From contig JAGALD010000065.1 of NCBI GenBank assembly GCA_017625395.1, positions 73,414 to 137,413 on the forward strand: DNA of 64,000 nucleotides. The letters are read 5' to 3'. Made by a program: the position numbers and the translations under genes. This DNA comes from Bacilli bacterium. GTDB lineage: Bacteria > Bacillota_I > Bacilli_A > RF39 > UBA660. The notes beneath the pieces were generated by a model, which saw only the letters and a list, made by a program, of their open reading frames with translations, ran no database searches and was not told where the DNA came from. This document shows, piece by piece, positions 37,654 to 47,509 of the stretch (within the stretch, counting starts at the first letter, position 1; each line of letters begins with the position of its first letter).

Positions 37654-39513
37654 ATGAATTATGATGTTATTGTTATAGGTGGGGGGCATGCTGGATGTGA
37701 AGCTTGTCTTGCTACTAGTAGATTAGGTAAGAATACTTTACTTATTACAGGAAATAAAAAAAATATTGCAGATATGCCTTGTAATCCTTCAATTGGTGGG
37801 CCTGCTAAAGGAATTATTGTAAGAGAAATTGATGCCTTAGGCGGAGAAATGGGAAAAAATGTTGATAAAAGTTTTCTTCAAATGAAAATGCTTAACACTA
37901 AAAAAGGACCTGCTGTTAGAGCATTAAGGGCACAAGCTGATAAAATAACTTATAAAGAAGAGATGATAAAGACTATTGAATCCCAAGAAAATCTTACTAT
38001 TCTTGAGGCAATGGCTGAAGATTTAATAGTAGAAAATGGAATAATTAAAGGTGTTGTTCTTGCTGATGGAAAAGAGATATATGCTTCTGTTGTTATTGTT
38101 ACAACAGGGACATATCTTAAAGGTGTTATTCTTTATGGTTCAACTAGAATATCTAGTGGTCCACATGATGAGAAACCTTCATTGCATTTAAGTGATGCTT
38201 TTAAAAGATTAGGTTTTACTATAAAAAGGCTTAAAACTGGAACTCCTCCTAGAATAAAAAAATCAAGTATTGATTATTCTAAAGCAGTTATTCAACCTGG
38301 CGATGAAGAAATGCATAATTTTTCTTTTTCTAACAAACTTAATTATAATGTAGATGAACAATTACCTTGTTATTTGATTTATACAACAGAAGAGACACAT
38401 AATATTATTAAAGAAAATCTTACTAAATCTAGTATGTATGGTGGGTATGTTGAAGGTGTTGGTCCTAGATATTGTCCATCAATAGAAGATAAAATTGTTA
38501 AATTTGCTGATAAAGATAGACATCAAATATTTTTAGAACCAGAAAGTATTTATTATGATGATATTTATATTCAAGGATTTTCTACTAGTATGCCGCATGA
38601 TGTTCAAGAAAAAATGGTTCATAGTTTACCTGGATTAGAAAATGCAGAAATTGTTAAATATGCTTATGCAATAGAGTATGATGCGATAGATTCAATGCAA
38701 TTAAAGCCGTCATTAGAAACAAAATTGGTTGAAAATTTATATACTGCTGGTCAAATTAATGGTACTAGCGGATACGAAGAGGCTGCAGGTCAAGGTCTTA
38801 TTGCAGGAATTAATGCTGCTAGAAAATTAGATGGAAAAGAACCAATAATTCTAAAAAGAAATGAAGCATATATTGGAGTTTTAATTGATGATTTGGTTAC
38901 TAAAGGTGTAATAGATCCTTATAGACTTCTTACTTCTCGTGCTGAATATAGATTATTATTAAGACATGATAATGCTGATATGAGACTTATGCCATATGGT
39001 AGAGAGATTGGTCTTATAAATGATGATACTTACTCAATTTATACTGATAAAATTAATGGAATTAATAAGTTATATGATAAGTTAAAAAGCATAAAACTCA
39101 CTCCTAAAGAGGAAGTTAATAGGTATTTAGAGTCTTTGGGAAGTGCTACTTTATATGATAGTATTACTCTTTATGATTTATTAAAACGTCCTGAAATAAG
39201 TTATGAAAATATAAGACAATATATCGATGAAGATTTTTCTTTAGAGGTTATAGAACAAGCTGTTATAAATATAAAATATGATGGATATATAGCAAAAGCA
39301 AATAAAGAAGCGTTAAAGATGCTTGAATATGAAAAAATTAAGATTAGTGAAGATTTAGATTATTCGTTAGTTCCAAATCTTGCTAAAGAAGCAATTCAAA
39401 AACTTAATGAAATAAAACCTGTTTCTGTTGGTCAGGCAATTAGAATTAGTGGAGTAAATCCTGCTGATATTTCAATGCTTTTATTATATTTAAGAAGAGG
39501 TAATCATGAATAA
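37654..39513 (+). CDS. mnmG: tRNA uridine-5-carboxymethylaminomethyl modification enzyme MnmG
   Basis: It has the FAD motif VIVIGGGHAGCEA, and its 619-aa length is typical of GidA. Confidence 0.95.
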   Translation: MNYDVIVIGGGHAGCEACLATSRLGKNTLLITGNKKNIADMPCNPSIGGPAKGIIVREIDALGGEMGKNVDKSFLQMKMLNTKKGPAVRALRAQADKITYKEEMIKTIESQENLTILEAMAEDLIVENGIIKGVVLADGKEIYASVVIVTTGTYLKGVILYGSTRISSGPHDEKPSLHLSDAFKRLGFTIKRLKTGTPPRIKKSSIDYSKAVIQPGDEEMHNFSFSNKLNYNVDEQLPCYLIYTTEETHNIIKENLTKSSMYGGYVEGVGPRYCPSIEDKIVKFADKDRHQIFLEPESIYYDDIYIQGFSTSMPHDVQEKMVHSLPGLENAEIVKYAYAIEYDAIDSMQLKPSLETKLVENLYTAGQINGTSGYEEAAGQGLIAGINAARKLDGKEPIILKRNEAYIGVLIDDLVTKGVIDPYRLLTSRAEYRLLLRHDNADMRLMPYGREIGLINDDTYSIYTDKINGINKLYDKLKSIKLTPKEEVNRYLESLGSATLYDSITLYDLLKRPEISYENIRQYIDEDFSLEVIEQAVINIKYDGYIAKANKEALKMLEYEKIKISEDLDYSLVPNLAKEAIQKLNEIKPVSVGQAIRISGVNPADISMLLLYLRRGNHE

Positions 39514-40210
39514 AGAACAATTTGTTTTAGAAGTACAAAAATTAGGTATAAAAATTGATGATGATAAACTTTTAAAGTTAGAAAAATTCTATGATTTACT
39601 TATAGATTGGAATAATAAGATAAATTTGACTACTATTGTGGAGAAAGAAGATGTTTATTTAAAGCATTTTTATGACAGTTTAACATTATTTAAAGAAATT
39701 GACTTGACTACTGATTTAACTTTATGTGATGTTGGAAGTGGGGCCGGATTTCCTGGAATTGTTTTAAAAATATTTTTTCCAAATTTAAGAATTACTTTAG
39801 TTGATTCTTTGAATAAAAGGGTTATTTACTTAAATGAAATAATTAAAGAACTTAAGCTTGAAGATATTATTGCAGTTCATTATCGAATGGAAGATTTTTC
39901 TAGAATTAATGAAGAGGTTTTTGATGTTATAACTGCAAGAGCTGTTTCTAATTTAAGTGTTTTATCTGAAATATCAGTTAGAGCCTTAAAAGTTGGTGGG
40001 AAACTTGTATTTATGAAAGCTAATTGTGATGAAGAATTAGAAAACATTAGTAATATCTATAATAAACTTGGGTTGAAACTTAATTCTGTTAATAAATTTG
40101 TTTTACCTATAGAACAAAGCAATAGGGCACTTGTATGTATAGAAAAAACAAAAACTACAGATAAAAAATATCCAAGAACTATTGATAAAATAAAAAGAAA
40201 TCCATTGTAA
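39506..40210 (+). CDS. rsmG: 16S rRNA (guanine527-N7)-methyltransferase
   Basis: It has DVGSGAGFPGI and follows mnmG. Confidence 0.9.
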   Translation: MNKEQFVLEVQKLGIKIDDDKLLKLEKFYDLLIDWNNKINLTTIVEKEDVYLKHFYDSLTLFKEIDLTTDLTLCDVGSGAGFPGIVLKIFFPNLRITLVDSLNKRVIYLNEIIKELKLEDIIAVHYRMEDFSRINEEVFDVITARAVSNLSVLSEISVRALKVGGKLVFMKANCDEELENISNIYNKLGLKLNSVNKFVLPIEQSNRALVCIEKTKTTDKKYPRTIDKIKRNPL

Positions 40211-40275
40211 TTTTGGATTTTTTATTTTATAATGTATGATAGATAGGAATATAAAAGAGAATAGAGGGTGTTATT

Positions 40276-41646
40276 ATGGATAGCAACAATGAAGTAGTTT
40301 ATTTATATTTAGATGATATTATTCCTAATAGATTTCAACCAAGAGAAGTTTTTGATGATCAAGCTTTAAAAGAATTAGCTGTGTCAATTAAAGAACATGG
40401 TGTCATTCAACCTATAATTGTTCGAAAAGTTGAAAATAAGTATGAGATTATTGCTGGTGAAAGAAGATATAAAGCTTCAACTATGGCTGGTCTTACAAAA
40501 ATTCCTGCTATAGTTAAGAATTTAGATGATAAGGAAAGTTCTAAAGTTGCTTTAATTGAAAATTTGCAAAGAAGAGATTTAACACCAATTGAAGAAGCTA
40601 GAACTTATCAAAAAATATTAGAACTTGAAAGTAATATGACTCAAGAGCAATTGGCTCAAACTATGGGAAAAACACAATCTGTTGTTTCTAATAAGTTAAG
40701 ACTTTTAGCGTTACCTGATGAAGTACAAGATGCTTTATTAAAAGAAAAAATATCAGAAAGACATGCAAGAAGTTTGTTAAATATTGAAAATAAAAATGAT
40801 CAGATAAAGATGTTAGACAGAATAATAGCAGAGAGAATGACTGTAAGAGAACTAGATAAGGAAATTAAGAGTATGAATGATAATCAAAATAATAGTATGA
40901 ACTTGTTTGGAAGTATGGGAATTAATCCAGCACCTGTAAGTATTACAGAACCAACCGTTGAAGCACCAGCTGTTGCAACACCAAGTGTTGGTCCTACAAT
41001 ATCTATTAATAATGATTCTAATAATAATGCTAATGTTAATACTAATACTAATAGTAGTGTTTCTGTAGATAATATTTTTAATCCAACTGCTGTTGATATA
41101 AACAAAATAAGAGAAAATGCAGTTGATATTGTTGCTCCAAGTGCTCCGACTGTGGATGTAAAAGATTTAATGAAGGATAATTCAGATAATAGTCCTAAAG
41201 ATTTTAAATTCGTTCCATCTTTTGGTAGTAATACGGAACAAGAAAAAACTGTTAATAATCCAGCACCTTCATTTGGTTCATTTGGATTGTTTGGTGCATC
41301 TAATAATAATTCATCTAGCGTTAATTCATTAAATAGTGATAATAGTGTTGCATCTGTTCCTGTTACACCACCAGTTGCACCTAATTTTGGATTTTTTGGA
41401 AATACTTCTGTAACTCCTACAGTAAATGATGAATCTTCTAACAATAACGTAGCAAGTACAATTGCTGCTCCTAAATTTAGTATTAATGCTTTTGGTGGAA
41501 GTAGTAAGAAAGATGTTACTCCAGCAGTTACAGATATAAAAAGTGCAATAACTGGTCTTGAGTCTAAAGGATATAAAGTAGTATTTGAAGAATTAGATTC
41601 AAATGATACTTATCAAATGACAATTAAGATAGATAAAAATGTTTAG
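40276..41646 (+). CDS. noc: Nucleoid occlusion protein Noc (ParB paralogue) with a long internal low-complexity insert
   Basis: It has a ParB N-domain (IIPNRFQPREVF, IIAGERRYKAS). The HTH region GKTQSVVSNKLRLLALP...ISERHARSLL matches remembered B. subtilis Noc (GKKQSTIANKLRLLKLP...ITERHARAL) rather than Spo0J. The C-terminus IKSAITGLESKGYKVVFEELDSNDTYQMTIKIDKN resembles the Noc C-terminus. It sits between rsmG and soj, as in Bacillus. Confidence 0.8.
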   Translation: MDSNNEVVYLYLDDIIPNRFQPREVFDDQALKELAVSIKEHGVIQPIIVRKVENKYEIIAGERRYKASTMAGLTKIPAIVKNLDDKESSKVALIENLQRRDLTPIEEARTYQKILELESNMTQEQLAQTMGKTQSVVSNKLRLLALPDEVQDALLKEKISERHARSLLNIENKNDQIKMLDRIIAERMTVRELDKEIKSMNDNQNNSMNLFGSMGINPAPVSITEPTVEAPAVATPSVGPTISINNDSNNNANVNTNTNSSVSVDNIFNPTAVDINKIRENAVDIVAPSAPTVDVKDLMKDNSDNSPKDFKFVPSFGSNTEQEKTVNNPAPSFGSFGLFGASNNNSSSVNSLNSDNSVASVPVTPPVAPNFGFFGNTSVTPTVNDESSNNNVASTIAAPKFSINAFGGSSKKDVTPAVTDIKSAITGLESKGYKVVFEELDSNDTYQMTIKIDKNV

Positions 41647-41655
41647 TATTTAGAA

Positions 41656-41681
41656 AAAAGACTTTATAGAGTCTTTTTTTT
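41656..41681 (+). terminator. Rho-independent terminator after noc
   Basis: Stem AAAAGACT/AGTCTTTT, followed by a T-run. Confidence 0.8.
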
Positions 41682-41753
41682 GTAAAAAAGATTTATTAAT
41701 TAGATAATGTTTGATAAAATAGTGTTACATAGTTTAAGAAAAGGTGATGTTAG

Positions 41754-42545
41754 ATGGGGAAGATGATTTCATTAGTTAATCAAAAAGGTGGGGTTGGTAA
41801 AACAACAACAAGTATTAATCTTTCTGCATCTTTAGCATATTTAGGAAAGAAAGTTTTATTATTAGACTTGGATCCTCAAGGAAATACTACTACTGGTATT
41901 GGTATGAATAAGGGAGATATTGATAAAACAATTTATGATGTCTTAATTGGCAGGTGTGATATTAAAGAAGCTATAATTCATACAAAATATAAAAGATTAG
42001 ATTTATTACCTGCTACAGTTAATCTTAGTGGATTAGATACTGAATTTTTTGAAAGATCTAAAGAAGAACCTAATTTTGTTAAAGGTGCCCAGTTAAAAAA
42101 TAAAATTGAATTAGTTAGAGATGAATATGATTTTATAATAGTGGATTGTCCACCATCTCTTAGTATAATTACAATTAATGCATTAACTGCTTCAAATTCT
42201 GTAATAATACCTGTTCAGTGTGAGTTTCTTGCTTTGGAAGGAATTATGCAATTGTTAAATACAATTATGATGGCTCAAAAGCAATTAAATCCAGAACTTG
42301 ATATAGAAGGTGTTTTACTTACTATGTTAGATTCAAGAGCAAATCTTGGTTTTGAAGTAGTTGAGGAAATTAGAAAGTATTTTAAAGAAAGAGTATATAA
42401 TACGATAATCCCTAGATTGGTACGTCTTGCTGAGTGCCCTTCACATGGGAAACCTATAATTGCATATGATCCTAAATGTAGGGCTACTGATGCATATTTA
42501 AATTTAGCTAAGGAAGTGATTGAAAGAAATGGACAACAATTATAA
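41754..42545 (+). CDS. soj: Chromosome partitioning ATPase Soj/ParA
   Basis: It has the deviant Walker A NQKGGVGKTTT and the segments LLLDLDPQGN and IIVDCPPSL. Confidence 0.92.
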   Translation: MGKMISLVNQKGGVGKTTTSINLSASLAYLGKKVLLLDLDPQGNTTTGIGMNKGDIDKTIYDVLIGRCDIKEAIIHTKYKRLDLLPATVNLSGLDTEFFERSKEEPNFVKGAQLKNKIELVRDEYDFIIVDCPPSLSIITINALTASNSVIIPVQCEFLALEGIMQLLNTIMMAQKQLNPELDIEGVLLTMLDSRANLGFEVVEEIRKYFKERVYNTIIPRLVRLAECPSHGKPIIAYDPKCRATDAYLNLAKEVIERNGQQL

Positions 42546-43410
42546 GAGAAGAGCATTAGGAAAAGGTCTTGAAGAACTTTTCAATAATGAACAAATTGAT
42601 TTTGATAGTATTGAAGAAAAAATAATTGATTCAACTCCAAAGGATGAAATTGTAGAATTGGAACTTAGTGAGTTGAGATCAAATCCTTATCAGCCAAGAA
42701 AAGTTTTTGATGAAGATAAACTTTTAGAACTTTCAAATTCTATTAAAGAACATGGTGTTTTTCAACCAATAATAGTTAAAAAAAGTTCTGTAAAGGGTTA
42801 TGAGATTATTGCTGGTGAACGTCGTGTAAAAGCTTCAATTATGGCTGGTCTTACACATATACCGGCAATTGTTAGAGAATTTACTGATTCTGAAATGATG
42901 GAAATAGCGCTTCTTGAAAATTTACAGAGAGAAAATTTAAATGCTATTGAAGAAGCAATGGCATATAAAAATTTGATTAATAGTATGTCAGTAACACAAG
43001 AAGAACTTGCAAAAAGACTTGGAAAAAGTAGAAGTCATGTTACTAATATGTTAGGGCTTTTGTCGTTACCTGAAGAAGTAAAAGATATGATTATTGATAA
43101 TAAAATTTCAATGAGTCATGCAAGAGTTCTTAGTAAAATGGAAAACAAAGATGAAGTAATTGCTTTGGCTAATAAAATTATAAGTGAGAATTTGAATGTT
43201 AGAGACTTGGAAAGTGTTTCTAAAAATGAAAATATTGAAAAGATTCATAAAATAAAGAAAAAATCAAATTCTGAATATTCATATGTTGAAAATATGATGT
43301 GCGAAAAACTTGGAACTAAGGTTAAGATTAATAATAATAAGATAAATATTTCATTTAGTAATGTTAATGATTTAAATAGAATTTTAGAAATTTTAAATAT
43401 TAATGAGTGA
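42520..43410 (+). CDS. spo0J: Chromosome partitioning protein Spo0J/ParB (the start may be the Met at 42529)
   Basis: It has the N-terminal RALGKGLEELF, the segments PYQPRKVFDE and IIAGERRVKAS, and the HTH region GKSRSHVTNMLGLLSLP...ISMSHARVL. Confidence 0.9.
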   Translation: MKEMDNNYKRRALGKGLEELFNNEQIDFDSIEEKIIDSTPKDEIVELELSELRSNPYQPRKVFDEDKLLELSNSIKEHGVFQPIIVKKSSVKGYEIIAGERRVKASIMAGLTHIPAIVREFTDSEMMEIALLENLQRENLNAIEEAMAYKNLINSMSVTQEELAKRLGKSRSHVTNMLGLLSLPEEVKDMIIDNKISMSHARVLSKMENKDEVIALANKIISENLNVRDLESVSKNENIEKIHKIKKKSNSEYSYVENMMCEKLGTKVKINNNKINISFSNVNDLNRILEILNINE

Positions 43411-43603
43411 TGTTATGAATGATGAAAAAAAGTTTGATATAGGTACTGTAGTTACTATGAAGAAAGGGCATCCTTGTGGAGCTAATGAGTGGGAGATTGT
43501 TCGATTAGGAGCTGATCTTAAACTTAAATGTGTTAACTGTGGTAGATTAGTCATGATGCCTAGAATCGATTTTAATAAGAAAGTTAAAAAAATTATTAGG
43601 TAG
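43403..43603 (+). CDS. DUF951-family small protein (YyzM-like)
   Basis: GHPCGANEWEIVRLGADLKLKCVNCGRLVMMPR is typical of DUF951. It follows spo0J. Confidence 0.7.
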   Translation: MSDVMNDEKKFDIGTVVTMKKGHPCGANEWEIVRLGADLKLKCVNCGRLVMMPRIDFNKKVKKIIR

Positions 43604-43610
43604 GTGACTT

Positions 43611-45209
43611 ATGTTAAAGAAAAGAAAAATTAAATTTAAAAAAATAACATTACATCCAATTACCTCTTTTATATTAATGACTTTAGGGGTAATGATACTT
43701 AGTTCAATATTTTCAATATTTGAATTACAAGCAAGTTACTCGAAGATAAATCCTGCAACAGTTGAACTTGAAAATGTTATAGTAGCAGTAGAAGGAATGT
43801 TTAATTTTGAAGGTTTTAAATTTTTAATAAGTAATGCTGCTAAAAACTTTGTATCATTTACGCCACTTAGTACTTTGTTAATTGGTCTTATAGGACTTTC
43901 TGTTGCACATGCTAGTGGATTTATAGATGCTTTTATTAAAAGAGGTACACTGCATATAAATAATAAAACAATTACATTTATCTTAATATTTATTGCTACA
44001 ATATCTAGTATTATAAATGAGGTTGGTTATGTAATATTGATTCCTCTTTCCGCACTGGTTTTTCTGGCAAATGGAAGAAATCCTCTTTTGGGAATAACTG
44101 CAAGTTTTTGCGGAGTGGCATTTGGTTATGGTGCAACTATTTTTGCAGGTTCTGCAGAAATAAGTTTGGTACCAATAACAAATCAAGCTGCTTATTTGAT
44201 AGATTCTGGTTTTCATGTTAGTATGTTATCTAATTTAATTGCCATAATAGTTTCTTCTATAGTTGTTTCTGTTGTTGGAACTTTTATTGTAGAAAATATT
44301 TTACTTAAGAAAATTGGAAAATATAAAATTAATGAAGAAGAATTGCTAGGTGAAACTAGAGAGATAAAAATAGAGCTAGTTGAAGCAGAAGAGCAAAAAA
44401 GATTAGAAGTAGAAACTAGAGAAAAAAAAGGATTGAAAAATGCTTTTATAGCAGCAATGATTGTGTTAGTATTATTTATTTATATGATAATACCTAATTT
44501 ACCAGGTTCTGGTCTTTTACTTGATATGAATGAATATGCATATATAAATCAGTTATTTGGGCCAAATTCTTATTTACAAGATGGATTTACTTATCTTGTT
44601 TCAGTATTGTTTTTTGCAACTGGTATAGCTTATGCTATGGGGGCTAAAACAATTAAGAATGATAAAGATTTAGTTGAAAAAGCCTCTATTTATTTGAAAG
44701 ATGTTGGATACTTAGTTGCACTTATATTTTTTGCTGCTCAATTTATTGCAGTGTTTAAAAAGACAAATATTGGTACTATTATAGTTGCTTTTATTTCTAA
44801 TATAATTAAGAATATATCTTTTAGTGGATTGCCTTTAATTATTGGTGTTTTAGTCTTAATTGCTGTAAGTGGTTTATTTGTGACTACTCAATCAGCTAAA
44901 TGGACTATTTTATCACCTGTTGTTGTACCTCTTTTGATGCAATCTAATGTGTCTCCTCAATTTGCTCAATTTATTTTTAGAGCTGGAGATTCTATGGCTA
45001 AAGGTATTACACCAATACTTGCTTATTTTGTTATTTATTTGGGGTATTTAAATATTTATAATAAAGATAAAGAACCTATAACTATTAGAAAAGCCTTGTC
45101 TTTTGTATCACCTTATTGTTTAATAATTAGTATTACATGGATTTTAATAGTTGCATTGTTATATATTGTTGGTTTTCCTATTGGACCAGGAATATATCCA
45201 AGTTTGTAA
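43611..45209 (+). CDS. AbgT-family (p-aminobenzoyl-glutamate/antimetabolite) transporter
   Basis: It is a 532-aa polytopic membrane protein. The N-terminal K-rich segment followed by HPITSFIL, and the overall topology, resemble the AbgT family. Confidence 0.65.
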   Translation: MLKKRKIKFKKITLHPITSFILMTLGVMILSSIFSIFELQASYSKINPATVELENVIVAVEGMFNFEGFKFLISNAAKNFVSFTPLSTLLIGLIGLSVAHASGFIDAFIKRGTLHINNKTITFILIFIATISSIINEVGYVILIPLSALVFLANGRNPLLGITASFCGVAFGYGATIFAGSAEISLVPITNQAAYLIDSGFHVSMLSNLIAIIVSSIVVSVVGTFIVENILLKKIGKYKINEEELLGETREIKIELVEAEEQKRLEVETREKKGLKNAFIAAMIVLVLFIYMIIPNLPGSGLLLDMNEYAYINQLFGPNSYLQDGFTYLVSVLFFATGIAYAMGAKTIKNDKDLVEKASIYLKDVGYLVALIFFAAQFIAVFKKTNIGTIIVAFISNIIKNISFSGLPLIIGVLVLIAVSGLFVTTQSAKWTILSPVVVPLLMQSNVSPQFAQFIFRAGDSMAKGITPILAYFVIYLGYLNIYNKDKEPITIRKALSFVSPYCLIISITWILIVALLYIVGFPIGPGIYPSL

Positions 45210-45222
45210 AGGGGGAATAGAA

Positions 45223-46320
45223 ATGAGTCTTAAAGCTGGAATAGTTGGCCTACCCAATGTTGGTAAGTCAACTTTATTTAATGCAATAACAAAGAAAAAT
45301 ATTTTAGCAGCAAATTATCCTTTTGCTACAATTGAACCAAATGTTGGGGTTGTTATAGTTCCTGATAAAAGATTAGATAAATTAACAGAAATTTATAATC
45401 CCGAGAGAACAATTCCTACTGCATATGAATTTACTGATATTGCTGGGCTTGTAAAAGGGGCTTCTGTTGGCGAGGGACTTGGAAATAAGTTTTTGTCACA
45501 TATAAGAGAAGTTGATGCAATAGTAGAAGTAGTAAGATGTTTTGAAGATAATAATATAATACATGTAGAGAATACTGTTGATCCTATTAGGGATATAGAA
45601 ATTATTAACTTAGAATTATCTTTAGCTGATTTAGAGATTGTTAATAGTAGAATTGATAAAATAAAAAAGAAAGCTGAAACAAACAGAGATAAAGAAGCAT
45701 TGGAAGAATATTCAATCTTGAAAAAAGCAAAAGAGGCTTTAGAAGTTGGAACAGCTCTTAGAAGAGTAGATTTTTCTCGTGAAGAGCTTTTATATCTAAA
45801 AAGTTTTAATTTGCTTACAGCTAAACCAATAATTTATTTAGCAAATGTTGTTGAAGATGAACTTACAATAGATAATGAACATGTTAAGAAAGTTATTGAA
45901 TTTGCTTCACGTGAAGAAGCTAAAGTAATTAAGATATGTGCAAAAATGGAAGCTGATTTAAGTGATTTAACAGATGATGAAAAGAAAGAGATGCTTGAAT
46001 CTGTTGGTATCGAGGAAAGTGGATTAGATTTACTTGTAAAAGCAACATATGATTTATTAGGACTTGAAACATATTTTACTGCTGGTAGCGATGAAGTTAG
46101 AGCATGGACATATAAAAAAGGTATGAATGCTAAAGAATGTGCTGGTATAATTCATACAGATTTTGAAAAAGGATTTATTAAAGCTGAAATTATGTCCTAT
46201 GAAGATTTAGTAACATATGGAACTGAATTAAAGGTTAAAGAAGCAGGTAAAACAAGACTTGAAGGAAAAGATTATTTAATGCAAGACGGAGATATTTGCT
46301 ATTTTAGATTTAATGTATAA
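45223..46320 (+). CDS. ychF: Ribosome-binding ATPase YchF (start at the internal Met; the track ORF starts at 45151)
   Basis: It begins MSLKAGIVGLPNVGKSTLFNA. AAGGGGGAA lies upstream of ATG 45223. The C-terminal TGS-like segment is MQDGDICYFRFNV. Confidence 0.95.
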   Translation: MSLKAGIVGLPNVGKSTLFNAITKKNILAANYPFATIEPNVGVVIVPDKRLDKLTEIYNPERTIPTAYEFTDIAGLVKGASVGEGLGNKFLSHIREVDAIVEVVRCFEDNNIIHVENTVDPIRDIEIINLELSLADLEIVNSRIDKIKKKAETNRDKEALEEYSILKKAKEALEVGTALRRVDFSREELLYLKSFNLLTAKPIIYLANVVEDELTIDNEHVKKVIEFASREEAKVIKICAKMEADLSDLTDDEKKEMLESVGIEESGLDLLVKATYDLLGLETYFTAGSDEVRAWTYKKGMNAKECAGIIHTDFEKGFIKAEIMSYEDLVTYGTELKVKEAGKTRLEGKDYLMQDGDICYFRFNV

Positions 46321-46380
46321 TTTTTAAAAGTATTAATTTGATATTAATGCTTTTTTTGTTATAATTTTCTTGGTGATGTT

Positions 46381-47094
46381 ATGAGACCAATGATTGGTAT
46401 AGTGTCTAGAGTTGAATATCCTGGTGACACTGATAAGTTAGTTATAAATGATGAATATAGAAGAATGATTGTTGAATGTGGTGGTGATCCGTTTTTAATA
46501 CTTCCTCCACAAATAATTGATTATGGTGCTACTAAAGGTAGTGAAATTGCTCCTTTGACACAAAAAGAGGAAGAAATGATAGTTAGACAGTTAAAGATGT
46601 GTGATGGGATTTTAATGCCTGGTGGTTTTAAATTGCTTAATTATGATTTTTTTATTTTAGATTATGCGATAAAGAATGATATTCCAATTTTAGGTATTTG
46701 TATGGGAATGCAAGTGATGGCTAATTATAAAAGAGATGTTTGGAATGAAAAAAATGATCCTGATGGTATTTGCCATAGAGTTGAAGATAAGGAATATGTA
46801 CATTCTGTAGATATTTTAAAAGATAGTTTGTTATTTTCAATAATTGGCGAGTCTCATTTTATGGTTAATAGTTTGCATAATTATCATGTTTTACCAAGTG
46901 ATTATTATAGGTCTGTTGGTTATAGTGAAGATGGACTTATTGAAGCAATTGAATATCCTTATAATTCTTTTAATATAGGTGTTCAGTGGCATCCTGAAAA
47001 AAATTATAAGACAGATATTGTTTCAAGAAGACTTTTAGAAATGTTTATTAAAAAAGCAATGATTCGTTGTAATTTTAGTGAGGTAGCTGTTTAA
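46381..47094 (+). CDS. Class I glutamine amidotransferase-like gamma-glutamyl hydrolase (peptidase C26 / PuuD-like)
   Basis: It has the nucleophile elbow GICMGMQ and the segment GVQWHPE. Confidence 0.75.
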   Translation: MRPMIGIVSRVEYPGDTDKLVINDEYRRMIVECGGDPFLILPPQIIDYGATKGSEIAPLTQKEEEMIVRQLKMCDGILMPGGFKLLNYDFFILDYAIKNDIPILGICMGMQVMANYKRDVWNEKNDPDGICHRVEDKEYVHSVDILKDSLLFSIIGESHFMVNSLHNYHVLPSDYYRSVGYSEDGLIEAIEYPYNSFNIGVQWHPEKNYKTDIVSRRLLEMFIKKAMIRCNFSEVAV

Positions 47095-47109
47095 TATTAA
47101 AAAAAAATG

Positions 47110-47138
47110 TAGACAAATTATAACTTTGCTGTTATACT
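47110..47138 (+). promoter_or_regulatory. Sigma-A-type promoter of the rpsF-ssb-rpsR operon
   Basis: TAGACA, 17-nt spacer, TGtTATACT (extended -10). Confidence 0.55.
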
Positions 47139-47140
47139 AC

Positions 47141-47203
47141 TTTCGAGTATTTCGATACTCCTTGCCAAGTAATTGGCCATAAGTCCAAAAGGAGGTGTAA
47201 AAA
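47141..47203 (+). promoter_or_regulatory. Structured 5' leader of rpsF with two tetraloop hairpins; possible S6:S18 autoregulatory leader
   Basis: The first hairpin is GAGTAT-TTCG-ATACTC (47145-47160). The second is GCCAA-GTAA-TTGGC (47164-47177). They lie immediately upstream of the SD GGAGG. Confidence 0.4.
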
Positions 47204-47494
47204 ATGAGAAAATATGAAATTATGTTTATCGTTAAACCTGATTTAGAGGAAGGTGCTGTTAAGTCTGTTTTTGATTCTGTTAAGACTTTGTTAGAAGAAC
47301 AAAAAGCTAACATTGTTGAAGCAAAAGAAATGGGACAAAAAGAATTAGCATATGAAGTAAACAAATACAAGAATGGATACTATTTCTATTTCTTAGTTGA
47401 GACAAATGATGCAAAAGCTGTTAAAGAATTTGATCGTGTTGCTTTAATTAATGAAAATATTATTCGTCACTTAGTTGTTAAAGTTGAAGAATAA
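47204..47494 (+). CDS. rpsF: 30S ribosomal protein S6
   Basis: It begins MRKYEIMFIVKPDL. The operon is completed by ssb and rpsR. Confidence 0.95.
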   Translation: MRKYEIMFIVKPDLEEGAVKSVFDSVKTLLEEQKANIVEAKEMGQKELAYEVNKYKNGYYFYFLVETNDAKAVKEFDRVALINENIIRHLVVKVEE

Positions 47495-47509
47495 GAAAAG
47501 AGGTAATTA

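Noticed and set aside
40884-41444. 186-aa minus-strand ORF antisense to the noc low-complexity region
   Set aside because: It mirrors the compositionally biased insert and is itself low-complexity (L/T/S/G-rich). It has no start context. I treat it as an artefact.
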